A stretch of DNA of 64,000 bases from Hormiphora californensis (GCA_020137815.1 CM035351.1:7068001-7132000), one strand, 5' to 3'; counted from the stretch's first letter, positions 23,531-64,000 are shown. Translations and numbers: made by a program. Notes: a model not told the origin generated them from the letters alone.

Positions 23531-25434
23531 AGATAAGAAATGAAGATGCATGGGGATGAAATGGTAAGCAATCTCACTGAGTAGAACTGCAGATAGAGAT
23601 CATAGAATCAGATAGAGATATGATCTTCAACAATGGTGTTTCTAAAATGTATAAAGCAACATTGACCACAGACATTCCTAACAATGCTACTCTACTAGAA
23701 ATGACGCGTTGGAGAACAGAAGTGGGAGAGAGAGATAGAGAGAGGAGAGAGAAGAGAGAGAGAGAGAAGAGAGAGGGAAAGAGAAGAGAGGAGAGAGGGA
23801 GAGAAGAGAGATAGATAGAGCAGCAGAGGAGAGCAGAGAGAGATAGAGAAGGCTGAGTAAGAGAGATCTGGAGGACGAGTGTCGCGAGAGTGGGGGTGCG
23901 GAATTGATCTGGAGCGAGAGCAGAAAGGAGAGTGAAGAGAGAATGAGCGCGAGAGAGAGAGAGAGAGAGAGAGAAAGAATGGTCAATAGAATGTGTACAA
24001 TGGTGACCGCATGATTGTTAGCACAATTATCAAATCGAAAACTAACAACTCCTGCACGCAAAGTTACTCACGCCAACAATCTATATTTGTCCTAGCCAGG
24101 GTACAATAATTATGTACCAGTTGCCTCTACAGAACGGTGAAATAATACACATTAATTAAATATTGAGAAGTAGACATGAAAACGTGGCTTTCCAAATACC
24201 GGAATAGTGGAACAGTGCTATTTCATAGTTACCCATAGTAGTAATTTTAGGATAATAATTTGTATAGACCGAGAACTGTAGTAACTTTTCAAATTACATT
24301 TCGAATAGACAGAAGAAACAGACAAAAAACCTAAACAGGCAAACAGACAAACTAAACAGACAAACAAACAGACAATAAAACTCACCGTTTGTGACTGGAT
24401 CATGCTATCATTCAGCTAAAATGAAGGTAGAGGAATAAGATGGAGAGGGGGTGCAGGGATTAAAGGGGATAGGAAAAAAATAGAGATTGGTAGAGCATAG
24501 GGGAAGGGGTGGCCGTGGGTACAACGATTTTTATGTAGAATCTGGGTTAAGTAGGGGTTCTAGCGAAGACAGAGAATTTACAAAGTCTTAGGAATATATA
24601 ATCAATAGCATAAACAGCACTAAAACTAATCACTTTACATTATAACTACATTATATTTCTATAAAATATATGAACACATCAAGTATCTTAATCAACAAGT
24701 CCCAGACTCTACAACATAAAATATAAACATATTACCATTTAAACAGTGTAAACTATCAGTATAACCATATTAAATATAACTATTATAAAGTCAACAAGCA
24801 AAGAAGCGCTTGGAGTTGCACAATTTCTGAAAGGACGATAATATATCCCTTCTGATTGCCTGTTAAGGTCAAATGATCCTGTTACGAAAACTAAAATTAT
24901 TACGAACACCCTCCGCAGAAACGGGCAAACAGCCAACAACCCTCTCTCGTCATACAGCTCGTGGAGAGACACGAGTTATCTGACAAGTTCTATACATTTC
25001 CAAGCGAGATCTGAATTACAAAGTTACTCAAGGTAAGAAATCACTGCATGCAACATATTCGTATGGAGGAGGGTGGGGTCAAAACAGTACAAATCTCTAG
25101 GTACAATTTGTAGTAAGCCCCCGACTTCCTCATTTCCTCTCTCTCCCTCTCTCGGATTGGATGCATCTTTTAATTCTAGCTCACAGGGAACGTGAGATTG
25201 CGAATATGGAATAGGTGCACTAATCTAAATCCGGGAGAGGGACAAGAGAAATAGGCGAGGGAAAAAAATAAAAAATGTGGAAATAAAGTACGCATATAAA
25301 AATCGTGGTTAATTAAAATATGATGCTCAAAATTCATGTGTTGCCTCTAGAGAGGGAAGAGTGAGATAGATAGGTGGGAAATTCTTCTCATAAATAACGC
25401 TCCAGCTTTATACTAGCGCGGATATTATGTGGAA

Positions 25435-25488
<54 letters not shown>

Positions 25489-25529
25489 TGATAGAGATAG
25501 AGAGAGGGAAGAGAGAGAGAGCGAGAGAG

Positions 25530-25595
<66 letters not shown>

Positions 25596-26272
25596 AGTAG
25601 CACACTCAAAGAGTAGCCTGTTATCTCAGGGAGAGGGTAGAAAAGTGAAGTTAATACAAAAATGTGAAACGAGACACGATGTAAAGAAAGATAGTGAGTT
25701 TGTGGAAATTGGAAAATAAAACAGAGTGTGCAGTTTGTATCGGAACAAGCTGAGGAACAGGGAGTTGAAATGAGTTGGGAACCTAAGGCCGGACTATTAT
25801 CCAGATAGCGGTTCTGCACCAACAACAACATCCAACAAAGTAACTCACAGCAACATCGTAACACAATACAATGATAAAGACCTACCCCTCTCTCTCCCCA
25901 TCTTTGCTCTCTTTCTCAAAGGCTAACAATATGAATAAAACATGTGTAAAGCTGTACAATAATGGTCACTTATTGAACATATTATTCAAAAGAACTTTCT
26001 CTACTAACTTGATCCCGATAAATATGTAAATATATAATAATAAACACGATAACTTGCAGCTCGCTGCTGTATTGTGCTACAAGATGACTACAAGATGACT
26101 AAAAAGTACAAGATAACAACCCTTCACTATAAATGAATGGCAGAACCCACTAGGTAGGGACTACCCCTCCACTATAAATGAATGGCAGAACCCACTAGGT
26201 TGGGACTACCCCTCCACAAGTGAATAGTTACTACCCCTACATATGTATGCTACATGTACATGATATACCAAG

Positions 26273-35981
<9,709 letters not shown>

Positions 35982-36222
35982 TTCTTGAGAATTACACCAT
36001 CAGAATCCTAAATAGGGAGAAGCGAGTTTAGATTATTTGAGATTATACTCATTGCCAATGATTCAGTAGTAAAACGACTAAAATAAACTTTGTAAAAAAT
36101 TTTGGAAAAAGGAATAAATGAAGCAATAACGAGCACGCAAAAATAGCGGAGAAAAGGCACCTTCGATACGAATTAAAACAACACTCACACACTAAATTGT
36201 GGACATATAAAAATATCGTTGA

Positions 36223-36729
36223 TCAGCTCACTACTCGCTCAGTTATTTTCCTATGGCAGATGATGGACCTATCAAAATCCCCAATAAGTTCATCATGCAT
36301 TTCTTGCAGCAAATTCTCGCTCTCTTCCTCACTTCCACATCGAATAAAAAAGTACCTATCTCCCACTTGTTTACCCCTGTGCCGCACAATAATCTGCTTA
36401 TCCATTTGCAGGCGGACAAAGTGACGCAATTGTTCCTCGTCTATCTCACAAGATGGCATCTTGACGTACAGTTCTGTTTCCTCACTCCCAAACTCGGGTG
36501 TTGGGTTGAGAACTGAGGGGGTGGCTGTCTGAATACTATCAACAGGGACGGTTAGGACCCTGAACTGTGGTGTTTCATCTACTTGATCTTCAGTATGATC
36601 GTCGGAGTCTGTTATGTCGGGTTCTAGTTCTTCTGATGTTTTTGGGACTGTGACAGTTACAGTCGAGGATTCCTGTTGTTGTTCAAAGTATCTCAACCGA
36701 GACAGCCGAATACGCTCCTGGTCAGTCAT
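36223..36729 (-). CDS. Intronless 168-aa protein: N-terminal VBM-like helix, acidic linker, C-terminal RRM-like domain (paralogue A)
   Basis: MTDQERIRLSRLRYFEQQQ; ELYVKM..EEQLRHFVRLQM..RYFFIRC.SEEESENLLQEMHDELIG. Clearly homologous to 37228-37737. Confidence 0.8.
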   Translation of the reverse strand: MTDQERIRLSRLRYFEQQQESSTVTVTVPKTSEELEPDITDSDDHTEDQVDETPQFRVLTVPVDSIQTATPSVLNPTPEFGSEETELYVKMPSCEIDEEQLRHFVRLQMDKQIIVRHRGKQVGDRYFFIRCGSEEESENLLQEMHDELIGDFDRSIICHRKITERVVS

Positions 36730-37227
36730 TAGTTAGGAACCAGGATCATTGAGACTAAAACAGTTTAGTGGGTTGTTTACAATGCAATGAACCGTCGTTA
36801 GCAAACTTATACTAAACTGAACACCTAAGATAAAAGATGAAATAAATATTACAGTGTATTTTTTACAGACAGGTCATAAAAATCTTGAAAACAGAATAAA
36901 AAATGTTTTATAGGACACTCTTGCTAAGCTTTGCCAAGTTAGACTGCCATTCACGCTAAGGCCCCAGTTAGAGATTCGACTACTGGCGCCAGTTTCTTGA
37001 TGCCAGAGATTCACATTTCACTCTGCTGCTAACACTGCGAGCGGCGCCTACTTTCAATGCAATTTACATCGAAATTCCTGCTAGTCAACGAAGATGTCGC
37101 GTGCAGCAATGCTGCAGCAGCATGGTTCATTAGGAGTCTCCCAGCTAACTACTGGTGTCAGTTTCCTGCAGCCTGGTTTCAGTTTCCAATCTGCAACTGG
37201 AGCGTAAGCTAACATTTTATAATTTAT

Positions 37228-37737
37228 CTACCGTGAACGCTTTGCCGTCATGATTGTCTCTTCACCAATAAGTTGTTCATTCATATCTATAATCAACTGT
37301 TCACACTGCTCCTCTCTTTCACACCTTATAAAAAAGTACCAGTACCAAAATTCATACTTATTTTGCTTCTTCCCCCTATATCGTACAAAAATGTTGGTGC
37401 CCATTTGCAAGCGAACAAAGTGTCTAAATTGTTCTGCATCTATACCAATGAAATTCCCCTCGTCTTTTTCAGAAGATTGAAGTTTAACATAAATTTCAAA
37501 TTTCTTGCTGCTATCTCCAGGTCTTGAATTTAAAGTTGACAATGTTTCACTTTGATAATTGTCGTCCGACCCATCTAGAACTTGGTCCTGACTACAACAC
37601 TTTCCGCTGGCATTATTTAAAGACGAGTCTACCCGTCCCTCAACCGGTGTGTCGGTAAGTCCAAAAGTGAAGGAAGTAGATTCATGATTTTCCCAATAGT
37701 TCAACCGATGCATCCGAATAAGTTCTTCGCTAATCAT
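37228..37737 (-). CDS. Intronless 169-aa protein: N-terminal VBM-like helix, linker, C-terminal RRM-like domain (paralogue B)
   Basis: MISEELIRMHRLNYWE; EIYVKL..AEQFRHFVRLQM..YFFIRCEREEQCEQLIIDMNEQLIGEETI. Both ends are conserved with paralogue A while the linker has diverged. Confidence 0.8.
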   Translation of the reverse strand: MISEELIRMHRLNYWENHESTSFTFGLTDTPVEGRVDSSLNNASGKCCSQDQVLDGSDDNYQSETLSTLNSRPGDSSKKFEIYVKLQSSEKDEGNFIGIDAEQFRHFVRLQMGTNIFVRYRGKKQNKYEFWYWYFFIRCEREEQCEQLIIDMNEQLIGEETIMTAKRSR

Positions 37738-38077
37738 ATTTGAAAATTGGCCTCTGGTATTAGGGCCTCCTCAACTCCATTCTCCAACAATACATGTTGG
37801 AACTAAAAAGCATAGTGTAGATCTAACAATTGATAACACTTGAAACAGTCCGAACGATTATGGCAATCTGAAACAACACACATCTGTGATGCCATCATAT
37901 TGAGTATTTGATATTTCTAAATACATATTTGGAAATTACAGTCAGTGGTCAAGTTCAAAAGCCACATACGACAGAGAAAGGTACCTGGCCTGTGCCTCCG
38001 CCGACAGCCCTCAACACTCAATAAGGCCCTCGGATGTCAGCCGCCAGGAATCTAAAAAAGCAAATTCCAAGTGAGGC

Positions 38078-38345
38078 GACTACTTAATGAACTTAATGAA
38101 ACACTTTATTACACAATCATAAAAGGTGTCAGTCTCTCCGACCTCCCCCCTTCGCCCGAACCGCTAGTACCCAATCCAAGATTGAATTCCCATTCTGAGT
38201 CACATAACCCTTCACGGGTGGATTGTCCGGGTACTGATCGAGCCACCGTCCCAGCACGACCTTAAACGTGTCCAAAGTCTCTGCCGTGTTGACATTTTTC
38301 GGTAATGCATTCCATAACCGAGCAGACCTTACACCGAAGGAGTAA
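38078..38345 (-). mobile_element. 5'-truncated CR1/L2-clade LINE 3' end
   Basis: SFGVRSARLWNALP...FKVVL..WL..YPDNPP..GY...N.NSILDW, followed by AATAAA and a short tandem tail ttcattaag. Confidence 0.8.
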
Positions 38346-39124
38346 TAATAATAATAATAATAATTCATGACATTTAATATACCGCTTAATAGTGTTTAAA
38401 ATAAATGGCTTGCTACTGATTCAATCAGATCGATGCTACACCATTTACCACTTTCTAAAGCGGTCCAAGAAAGGGCCAGTGGTAAAGGAGAGCCAATAAC
38501 ATATTTTTAACGCTCAGTCAAGTCTCAAGATAACATCAACATACTATGTATTAGTAAGAGAATATGCTATGATGATTATTTATAAATTAAGTAAATAAAT
38601 TAATTTGATTGATAGAATTCGATTAAAAAGAGTGCAATCATATTTATTAATTGAATTAGTAATAAAGACATAATATAATACTATCTCTATTATAATTTGG
38701 AGATGAACGTCGTGATGGTCGTTCGTTCAGTGCGTTTCTACGCGACAAGCTGCTCCTTTATTAAAACATCCAATGGCGTGTTGTGACGAAATATTGGTGA
38801 ACTGACGTAACTACGGCAGCCAAGAAGGAAATCACGCGGCGCGCACAGCACACACAGAAGACATTAGAAACTTTCAATTCAACTTCCTACCCGCGCGTTC
38901 CAGACACGTCATTTTGGTCGAGGTGTCGTCATAATCATTCATGTTGCTATAGGGACACCTTCTATTTCTACAGTTCTCTCAGATCTTCTGCTATCAGATC
39001 ACATCAACCCTATTAGTTAACCTCATTAGTACCCCTGTCAGTGTCACATTTCTCATCATATTTATTTATTAAATCTATATAATAATTTACACAGTTTGAT
39101 GTATAAAATTATCAGCCCCTTTTT

Positions 39125-39760
39125 GTGGGCAAAAATCGGGCGCTCAGTGTATTTAGAGATAGGTCAGACGAGACCATGCTAACGTTGCTGAAATCAATCA
39201 TTAGACCCCAGGTAGAGTACTGCTGTCCACTGTGGAGTCCTACTAAAAAGTCAGACATTGGATTAGTTGAGGAAACCCAGAGATACTTTACCCGTAGGAT
39301 TAAAAGCTGTTCTGGTATGGGTTACTGGGACAGATTAAAGCATCTGAATTTACTGTCTCTTCAACGACGACGTGAGCGATATATGATTATCCACGTCTGG
39401 AAAGTTCTCCATAAGGTTGCACCTAACAGTACTGGGCTATTGTTCAATGAGCACCCCCGTCTTGGTATTAGGGCAGTGATTCCCCGTTATAATTACCTCG
39501 CAGCCAAAACCATCTCTGGACCATATGATGCATCTTTCGGTGTAAGAGGAGCCCAGATTTGGAACTCCTTGCCCCGTGCAGTGAGAGGATCTATCTCACT
39601 TCTCGAGCTGAAGCAGTCCCTTGGATCCTACTTATCCACTATCCCTGATCAGCCACCTGTTCGCGGTTATCGTGTGGAGCATAGTAACTCCCTTTTCGAT
39701 TGGAGGAATGACCCAAGTGTTTTTAGAGAGATGAGCGATTCATGAAGTTATTTTGCTTTT
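39125..39760 (+). mobile_element. 5'-truncated CR1/L2-clade LINE ORF2 C-terminal fragment
   Basis: LLKSIIRPQVEYCCPLWSP..VEETQRYFTRRI...YWDRLKHLNLLSLQRRRERY..SFGVRGAQIWNSLP. Confidence 0.9.
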
Positions 39761-40101
39761 AATCGTGACTTGACTGCACATATAAATCGCTGACGTATTG
39801 TCTTCTGAGTGTTAGCTTTTGCTGAGCTGAAACTTTGTGTACCTAACTTAATCTATTTTATGAATGTTTATGAATGTTTAAATTATGGGAGTGTTATGGA
39901 ACTTTGATGGAAAACTCAAAGCCGGGCAACGAAGTACGCTAAACAGCCGGCTTTCTTCTTGGGAGCAGATGTTTAAACTCTGCTGGCAGTTAGTGATTAT
40001 TTTGGAACATAATTTAGCAATTCAGTCTCCATAGTTACCGATTTAGTTGCCATGGCAACCATCAAATGTGGGAAAAAAGAGGTGAACACCCCTTATTTGA
40101 G

Positions 40102-40123
40102 GCGCACCCAATGGGTGCGCTAG
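40102..40123 (+). mobile_element. Helitron-like 3' end (GC hairpin followed by CTAG|T)
   Basis: gcgcaccca-a-tgggtgcgc immediately followed by tagt. Confidence 0.45.
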
Positions 40124-40760
40124 TTCATGTTAAGAGAGAGATAAGTTAAGTTGAAGTATTTCGAGAATAATTCGTATATCACACTTTCCCTTACGAGTTA
40201 CGTTCGCTTATGCAATGCAAGGCTGGGAATGGAGGCCCGAAAACGTGTTCCGACGCAACGCGTTTTTCGGGCCTCCATAACATAAAGGGCCGGGCCGGAA
40301 AAACGGCCCTTTTTAATTTTTTCATTTTTTGATGTTTGTTTTGGGCTTCTTTTGATCTCGCGACCTGAATATTTTGCCGTGCGCGGCTGACCCCAGCAAA
40401 TGTGTAAATTTAAATTTCGCGCGTTACGTTTATACGTCGACATTTTACATTTTACATTTCGGTTTTCTGCAAATCTTTTTAAGGAAAAGTTGTCGCAAAA
40501 AAAATGCGCTGGAAGTCCCCCAGTGTTGAAAAGCGCTGCCTTATCCCGCGCTGCTATCGGGGGCCAGCAACGTTTGCCAACCCCCAGTGCGTGCGTTTTT
40601 GACGGCTACTAGCCTGATACAGGGGACTGCAGCTTAGCCCAAAAAAATGACGCATTTTTTTACTTTCAAACTTTTCAACACTACTTTAAACAAATTAATT
40701 TGAGCAGGAAGATGAATCTGATGTAACCGCCCCAAAGGGCAGGAAGACGAAACGCTGTTA

Positions 40761-41330
40761 ATGTCGGAAACGAAGTACGAGGGTGATAACCCTATGATAA
40801 AACAATTGAAAGAGACAGTAGATAACTTTGTTTCTGAAGTTTACCGGTTGAATTCGACTGATGATCCCAACACGATGAGTATCACCCTAGCTCAGTTTAA
40901 TCAATGTTATAAACAGATCCAAACTGCACCTGATTCAACGTTAACCAACGACAACGTAGCTTCGCCTTGCAAGCACTGGGGTTCGTATTTTAGACATTGT
41001 CTCAAGGACCGAACTACGAGTGAAACAATTGAGGCTACTTCGCGTATTTTCCTCTCCAGTATGAAACTTGCCCGAGCAACAATGAACAATTTTAAAACTG
41101 TTATCAGCGTGGAAAACCTCGAGAAGCAGCTGCGTGAATGCAAAGAAGAACTTGACCGTCATCGGGTTAGCGTGATCGAGCTTCAGCAAACGGTTATCAA
41201 CCAACAGAACCAACAACTCAGTACAGTGACAGCATCAGGTGACAGCATCAGGTCCACTTTGAAACGGTTACGATTAGAAGATCCAGACGGCTGTTATTTC
41301 ATCCGCAATAATGTTATCCAAGTGGGATAG
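40761..41330 (+). CDS. 189-aa ORF with coiled coil, probably a truncated LINE ORF1-type remnant
   Basis: Single-exon ORF with heptad region ENLEKQLRECKEELDRHRVSVIELQQTVINQQNQQL, in a TE-rich interval. No recognisable host domain. Confidence 0.4.
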   Translation: MSETKYEGDNPMIKQLKETVDNFVSEVYRLNSTDDPNTMSITLAQFNQCYKQIQTAPDSTLTNDNVASPCKHWGSYFRHCLKDRTTSETIEATSRIFLSSMKLARATMNNFKTVISVENLEKQLRECKEELDRHRVSVIELQQTVINQQNQQLSTVTASGDSIRSTLKRLRLEDPDGCYFIRNNVIQVG

Positions 41331-42210
41331 TTCCCTACAAATTAACTATTTATGTATGCTCATGTTTTGTATCTGTACCACTTTTGAAAGTGAGGAGTGT
41401 GCAGAGCGTTGGCTAGTAGTGCATGCTCCAATATTTTACACTATAAAGTGGTATATATAAATGATTATATTACATTTACATTTACATTTACTTATCATAC
41501 GCTGAAGGCTGAAGCCTGAAGGCTCCCAGACTGGGAGTCCCAGTGCAGGTTTTCTTGACAGCTGCTGATGTAGGAGAATGCACCGAAGGCCGATTCTTTG
41601 ATATTATATGACAAAGAGGACTTTCGGAAGGACATTGATACGAAGATGCGCTTTAGAAAGCGAGTTTTGATCGAAAGGACGCTTTAGTATAAGTCGATCG
41701 AGATAAACACTTTTCGCTCAAAAGCGATTTAAATATGTTAAATGTTGTTATTGTTATTGTTATTATATAATTTTATTGCAAGAGAACTCAGTTCTCACAG
41801 CTAACTTTATGGGTGTAATAGATATTACCAAAAAACTCGTTATCCTAGGCCTAGTATCCTACTCACAAATATGATATGGCGTAACGGAACCAGTTACAAT
41901 AATTATACTATATTTTCACATTTCACAAACTGGATATCTTATAAGATATAAGATTTTGGCAATGGTCAAAATTTTGGTTATACTCAAATTAATTAATGTA
42001 ATCATATCAAATGCTACTGCTGAGGCCACATGTGTGTACCACTACCTGCATTAGCCGTGTTGACAAATTTCTAATTTAATTGCGTTCTGCATACACTCGA
42101 CTCTGCCAGCATTAACCCAAGATGTTTTAGATGCAGGGCATTATAAATACACCTCTAACGTCTAATATCCAAAATACTATTAACTAATAGCTGACTTTTT
42201 ACCAGGACAC

Positions 42211-60165
<17,955 letters not shown>

Positions 60166-61084
60166 CCCTCTTTATAATTATTAGCTGTATTATAGTGGTA
60201 CAGATGTGGGAATCGCAAGGCTAGGATCTGTCTCCCCCCGCGCTTTTTGTGATGTTTTGCAGTTTTGATTTGTTGTGTGTAACTCAACAAGTTTTGATGC
60301 ATATTTTTATTTCCGATTAAAATGATTCTATATTATATTATTTCAAGCCGTTAACTTTATTATCACAACGTTAGCTATGTTATTAATCCACACATATTCG
60401 AATAATCAATACAGCAGCTAGTTAATTAAGCTAGTTAATTAAGATCATTACACATTGCACAATTCACTCACACTCACATCTTGTGGACCTCACAGCACAT
60501 GTTTAAAGGAAGTTTAATATTGAGTACTGATATTGTATACAGACTAAATGTTAGGAGGAGGGATCGTGATTAATATTCTGAATATAAAGGGGTATGATAT
60601 TGTTTTGTTCATGATTATGGAACTATAATTGATCTTCTTGCCGACTCGGTGCAACCTTACAACAAATCACCTGTGTTTTCAGTTTATCTCACCAGATCCT
60701 TCCAAGTGCAGCCACATGCTGTCTGGCGCCGCAGACCCCAATCTGACCGCACTGTGATTGAGAATCAAATCGGGGTCAGGCGCCGCCAGACAGGTTACAC
60801 ACCTGACAATCTGATCCTTACGCTACTAAAAACACACAAACTTTGTGACAAAGAAGGGTCCGGTGCAATATATTGTTTGGGAGGGTGGATCAACAGGCCT
60901 GATTAAAACTGTCAGAGCATTGCCCTGACAGGATTGAAGCATTTCTGATATTGTCTGGCTGATATATATCGCCCTCCAATATTGTCTGGCTAAAGGCCAG
61001 CATATCACCTGCACAGCAGTACCCAGCACTGTATCTTTACACAGTACATTGTTGACCCCTTACTCAACAAGCAGTACACGTGGC

Positions 61085-63731
61085 TCACTTCTTCCTGAGG
61101 TTGGCGAGGTGCACGTAGCAGTTAACACCCCCAGCTGCACATGTCCCATCACTGTACCCCACACTGTGTATTGGTTTAGTGTCAAGGAAGGATCCCTCCA
61201 CCTGACCTGTCTTCCTGTTTATCACCTGGAGAATGAGTTGTGTTGGTGATCTGAGCCTGGCAGAGCCTGACAGTGTGAAAATCACAATGAAGCAGCAATC
61301 ATAAATCATGGGTCGAATCGTTTGGCAGGTCTATTTGTTTCTCGACCGACGACCAAGCTGCCTCTAGTGCGAGTATACTACCTTTGCATCTCGGCATCCT
61401 GACCCTCCAGCAATGACTCTGTCGCTGTCAATAAATCGACATGAGTAGAGATTCTCCGCCTGATTCTCGTTGTCTCGGTACTTGATCGTTTCTATTAACT
61501 GGCCGCTTCCCAGGTCCCACATCTAAACGGAGGGGGAGGTTATCTGTCTGGTGGCGCCGATTTGAACGCAAAAATGTCACTATCGGAAAGTTGATAACCT
61601 GTCTCTTTTTAGGGGGAGGAGATGATCCCATGGCCAGGTGCCGCTTGTAGTCGCATTACCGTAATGGTTTATATGACATGGCAATAAGGCCCTTCCGCAT
61701 TCTCTGCATTGTATGACGTGCAAGGGTGAATCACAGCTGGCATATTATAGCAGCTTCTAGCAGATGATATGTCTTCGTAGTGTATGTGATTGTGTAAGGA
61801 ATACCAAGACGTGTATGTACCTGGAGGGCATCGTGTGGTACGAAGGATGCCGTGAGACACTTATCTCCCAACAGATCTATCCCGTCCCCGCAGATTTTAG
61901 GTCCGACAAAGGATCGTACAGCTGCCTTTTCCACTCGGATATCCCACAGGAAAACAGTCCTGAAACATGGATAGGACGAGTTAATTAGGAATATAGCTGT
62001 CCCCGGATATATTACTGGCTGCTTCCCAAGACAGTACAATTGTGGATTCCGCACGGTCCAATTATGTCCAAATGGTAATTAATTAAAGAGTCGGTCGTGA
62101 GTTCCGGGTTTGTGGGTAAATGCACACTTTTGGCTTCACAATTTATTGAGAGAGAAAGAAAATTTCATTTGGGAACTGTCTCTTTCTAGGAAAGATGCTG
62201 ATGGCGGGTAGCGAATTGTGAGATGCAGTGACCACCGTGCCACACTGTGGAAATATGGTGGCTGTTATGTCATGTGGTTAGAGCTCATGGAGCGTGACAA
62301 TTGTGTTCGTGAGTTATAATAACCAGTTTAAATCACACGTGCATTATAATTCACACATGATAATTCACACATAACGTAACGTTATAGCACAGTGTAAGGT
62401 ATCATATCACAGCTCAACACCCACCTATCCCATCCTCCAGTGACACACTGGTATTTGTTGTCCGGTGAGAACCTGACACACGTGGCCCTCTGTTTGTGTC
62501 CCACTTCCTCGGCCTCCTGGAACTCCTCGTCAGACACAGTCCCCACATTCCTTATGTACTCAGCCCTCAGCGCGTCATATACCTGTAGGATAATAGAGTG
62601 GTGAAGCCATGGCACTATAGCTGTAGTAGTAGGCTTGGTGGTCCTGTTTTTAGGTGTATTGCTATTATCAACTGGTACTGTGCCCGGTACCACCTCAAAC
62701 ATCTCTCTTCGCGGCAGCAGTGCTTCGAGATCAGTCTTTAGTTCAATTCATAGAATAATGCGTTTGATCTGTATAATATATCTGACAAGTAGCTAGTCTA
62801 TTCATTCCAAGCAGTGCAGGTGTTATAGCGGGAAGTTGCCAAGGAGATATCCTCCAAATATACTCCTTCATCAAATTGTCTACATGAACTGTAGCAGCAA
62901 CTACTTCACATGCACTACCTGTATCTGGCGGTTATCCAGTAGGCACACATGGTAATTCTCTGATGTGTCTAGACTGTATATGGCATGATCGAGTTGTACA
63001 GATCCCCCCTCCTTCAATGTATCCTCATCATCAAACACAAAGTTCTTTATAAACCCATCCGCCGTCCCTGCAGGGGATACAATGATTAAACAATCCGCCG
63101 TCCCTGTGCATGGATCATAGAGTGATATAAAACAAATCCAGTGAGAGGATTAGAAGTTAGTTAGATAGTTCAATTATAATACAACGTACCTGCAACGATT
63201 CTGTGTTGTGAGGAGCCAACGTAATCTCTGATGCACGTCACTGGCATTCTGTCTGGTGTCGCCTGAAAAGAGTATTGGCACGTACAATACCACGTACAAT
63301 ATCACGTACAATACCACGTACAGTATGTTACCACATACAGAAGCCACATATTAAAACTAAATGTTGGTATTTAGGAAAAGCAGATACAGAAACACTGCAT
63401 TATAGGTTTGGAAAGCGATTAAAGCTCTGACACACACACACACACACAGATTACTATAGAGAAATTTCTGGGCTGTTTACCTGGACAGAGTGTGTTTGTT
63501 TGGTCGTCTGTGTGTTGTGAACATTGAACCTTCCATTCCCGAACCCCAGGGCGATATGGTGGGGCTTCTTTAGGAAGTTCATCGTGTATAGACCCATAGA
63601 GGGAGATGCAACATAGATCCGCTGTTGGTTCTCTAATAAATCCAAACATGGTTTCTCCCTGGACTCCAGGACTTCCGGGTCTTCATTCTTTGAGGCTTTA
63701 TACAAATCAGGAAACAGCACACCCACGTCTA
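61085..63731 (-). CDS. WD40-repeat protein, 3' part (5' end probably at or beyond the window edge)
   Basis: Exons at about 63731-63481, 63262-63190, 63068-62920, 62581-62424, 61960-61821, 61522-61382, 61225-61085: GHKQRATCVRFSPDN..VTGGWDRTVFLWDIR..GPKICGDGID..ALQMWDLGSGQLI..LYSCRF..VIAGGSG. Confidence 0.8.
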
Positions 63732-64000
63732 CCTGCGGAGAATGTGTGTTTTGTAAGGTGTAGGGTACGAGATAAAACAAGTTTCAGATCATTCTGACAG
63801 GCATTTCTTGGTGAAAATCCTAAGAGGCCATCATTACCGGCTAGTCAGGTTTATCTTTATTTGAATTCTGAAGTGCATTGTGCGGTTAGATCTAGACTGT
63901 ATAATTGTCTGTCGCTGCAGATCAGATCTTCTCTCTCTCTATTAGACAGGAGATTGGGTACGTCGCGCCGTTCTGTGTCCGAGGGGAGTCGTGATCCCTG

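Noticed and set aside
35982-36230. RRM-TEP1 fusion protein by splicing
   Set aside because: There is an in-frame TGA between the acceptor at 36008 and the TEP1 ATG.
40718-40765. Hammerhead-like CTGATG...GAAAC, and a TAATG stop-start overlap
   Set aside because: The core reads CTGATGT rather than CTGATGA, stems I and III are not evident, and the upstream frame is only about 20 codons with no ATG.

Overview
Eukaryotic (animal) genomic DNA with short GT-AG introns, many (AG)n microsatellites and many non-autonomous DNA transposons. The repeat types suggest a ctenophore or similar early-branching invertebrate, but that is inference only. Genes from left to right: the 3' part of a ferroportin-like MFS transporter (+); DENND4/Crag Rab GEF (-); TEP1 (TROVE-DUF4062-NACHT-WD40, -); two tandem intronless paralogues (-) immediately upstream of TEP1, each with an N-terminal p97/VCP-binding-motif-like helix and a C-terminal RRM-like fold; LINE fragments; a BCR/ABR-type RhoGEF-PH-C2-RhoGAP (+); and the 3' part of a WD40 gene (-). 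Four observations stand out. (1) The VBM-RRM/TEP1 cluster is compact and operon-like. (2) Five +1 frameshifts are packed into about 800 bp of the otherwise clean 5.4-kb first exon of TEP1, the first at CCC-TGA just after the TROVE module; assembly error is the leading explanation and recoding is the interesting alternative. (3) Two unclassified elements share poly-G termini, 6-bp TSDs, a subterminal direct repeat and opposed 10-bp-phased A-tract arrays. (4) Several long foldback elements are present, some nested, with the empty site preserved in the opposite arm. Several purine-rich stretches look like low-quality long-read consensus.
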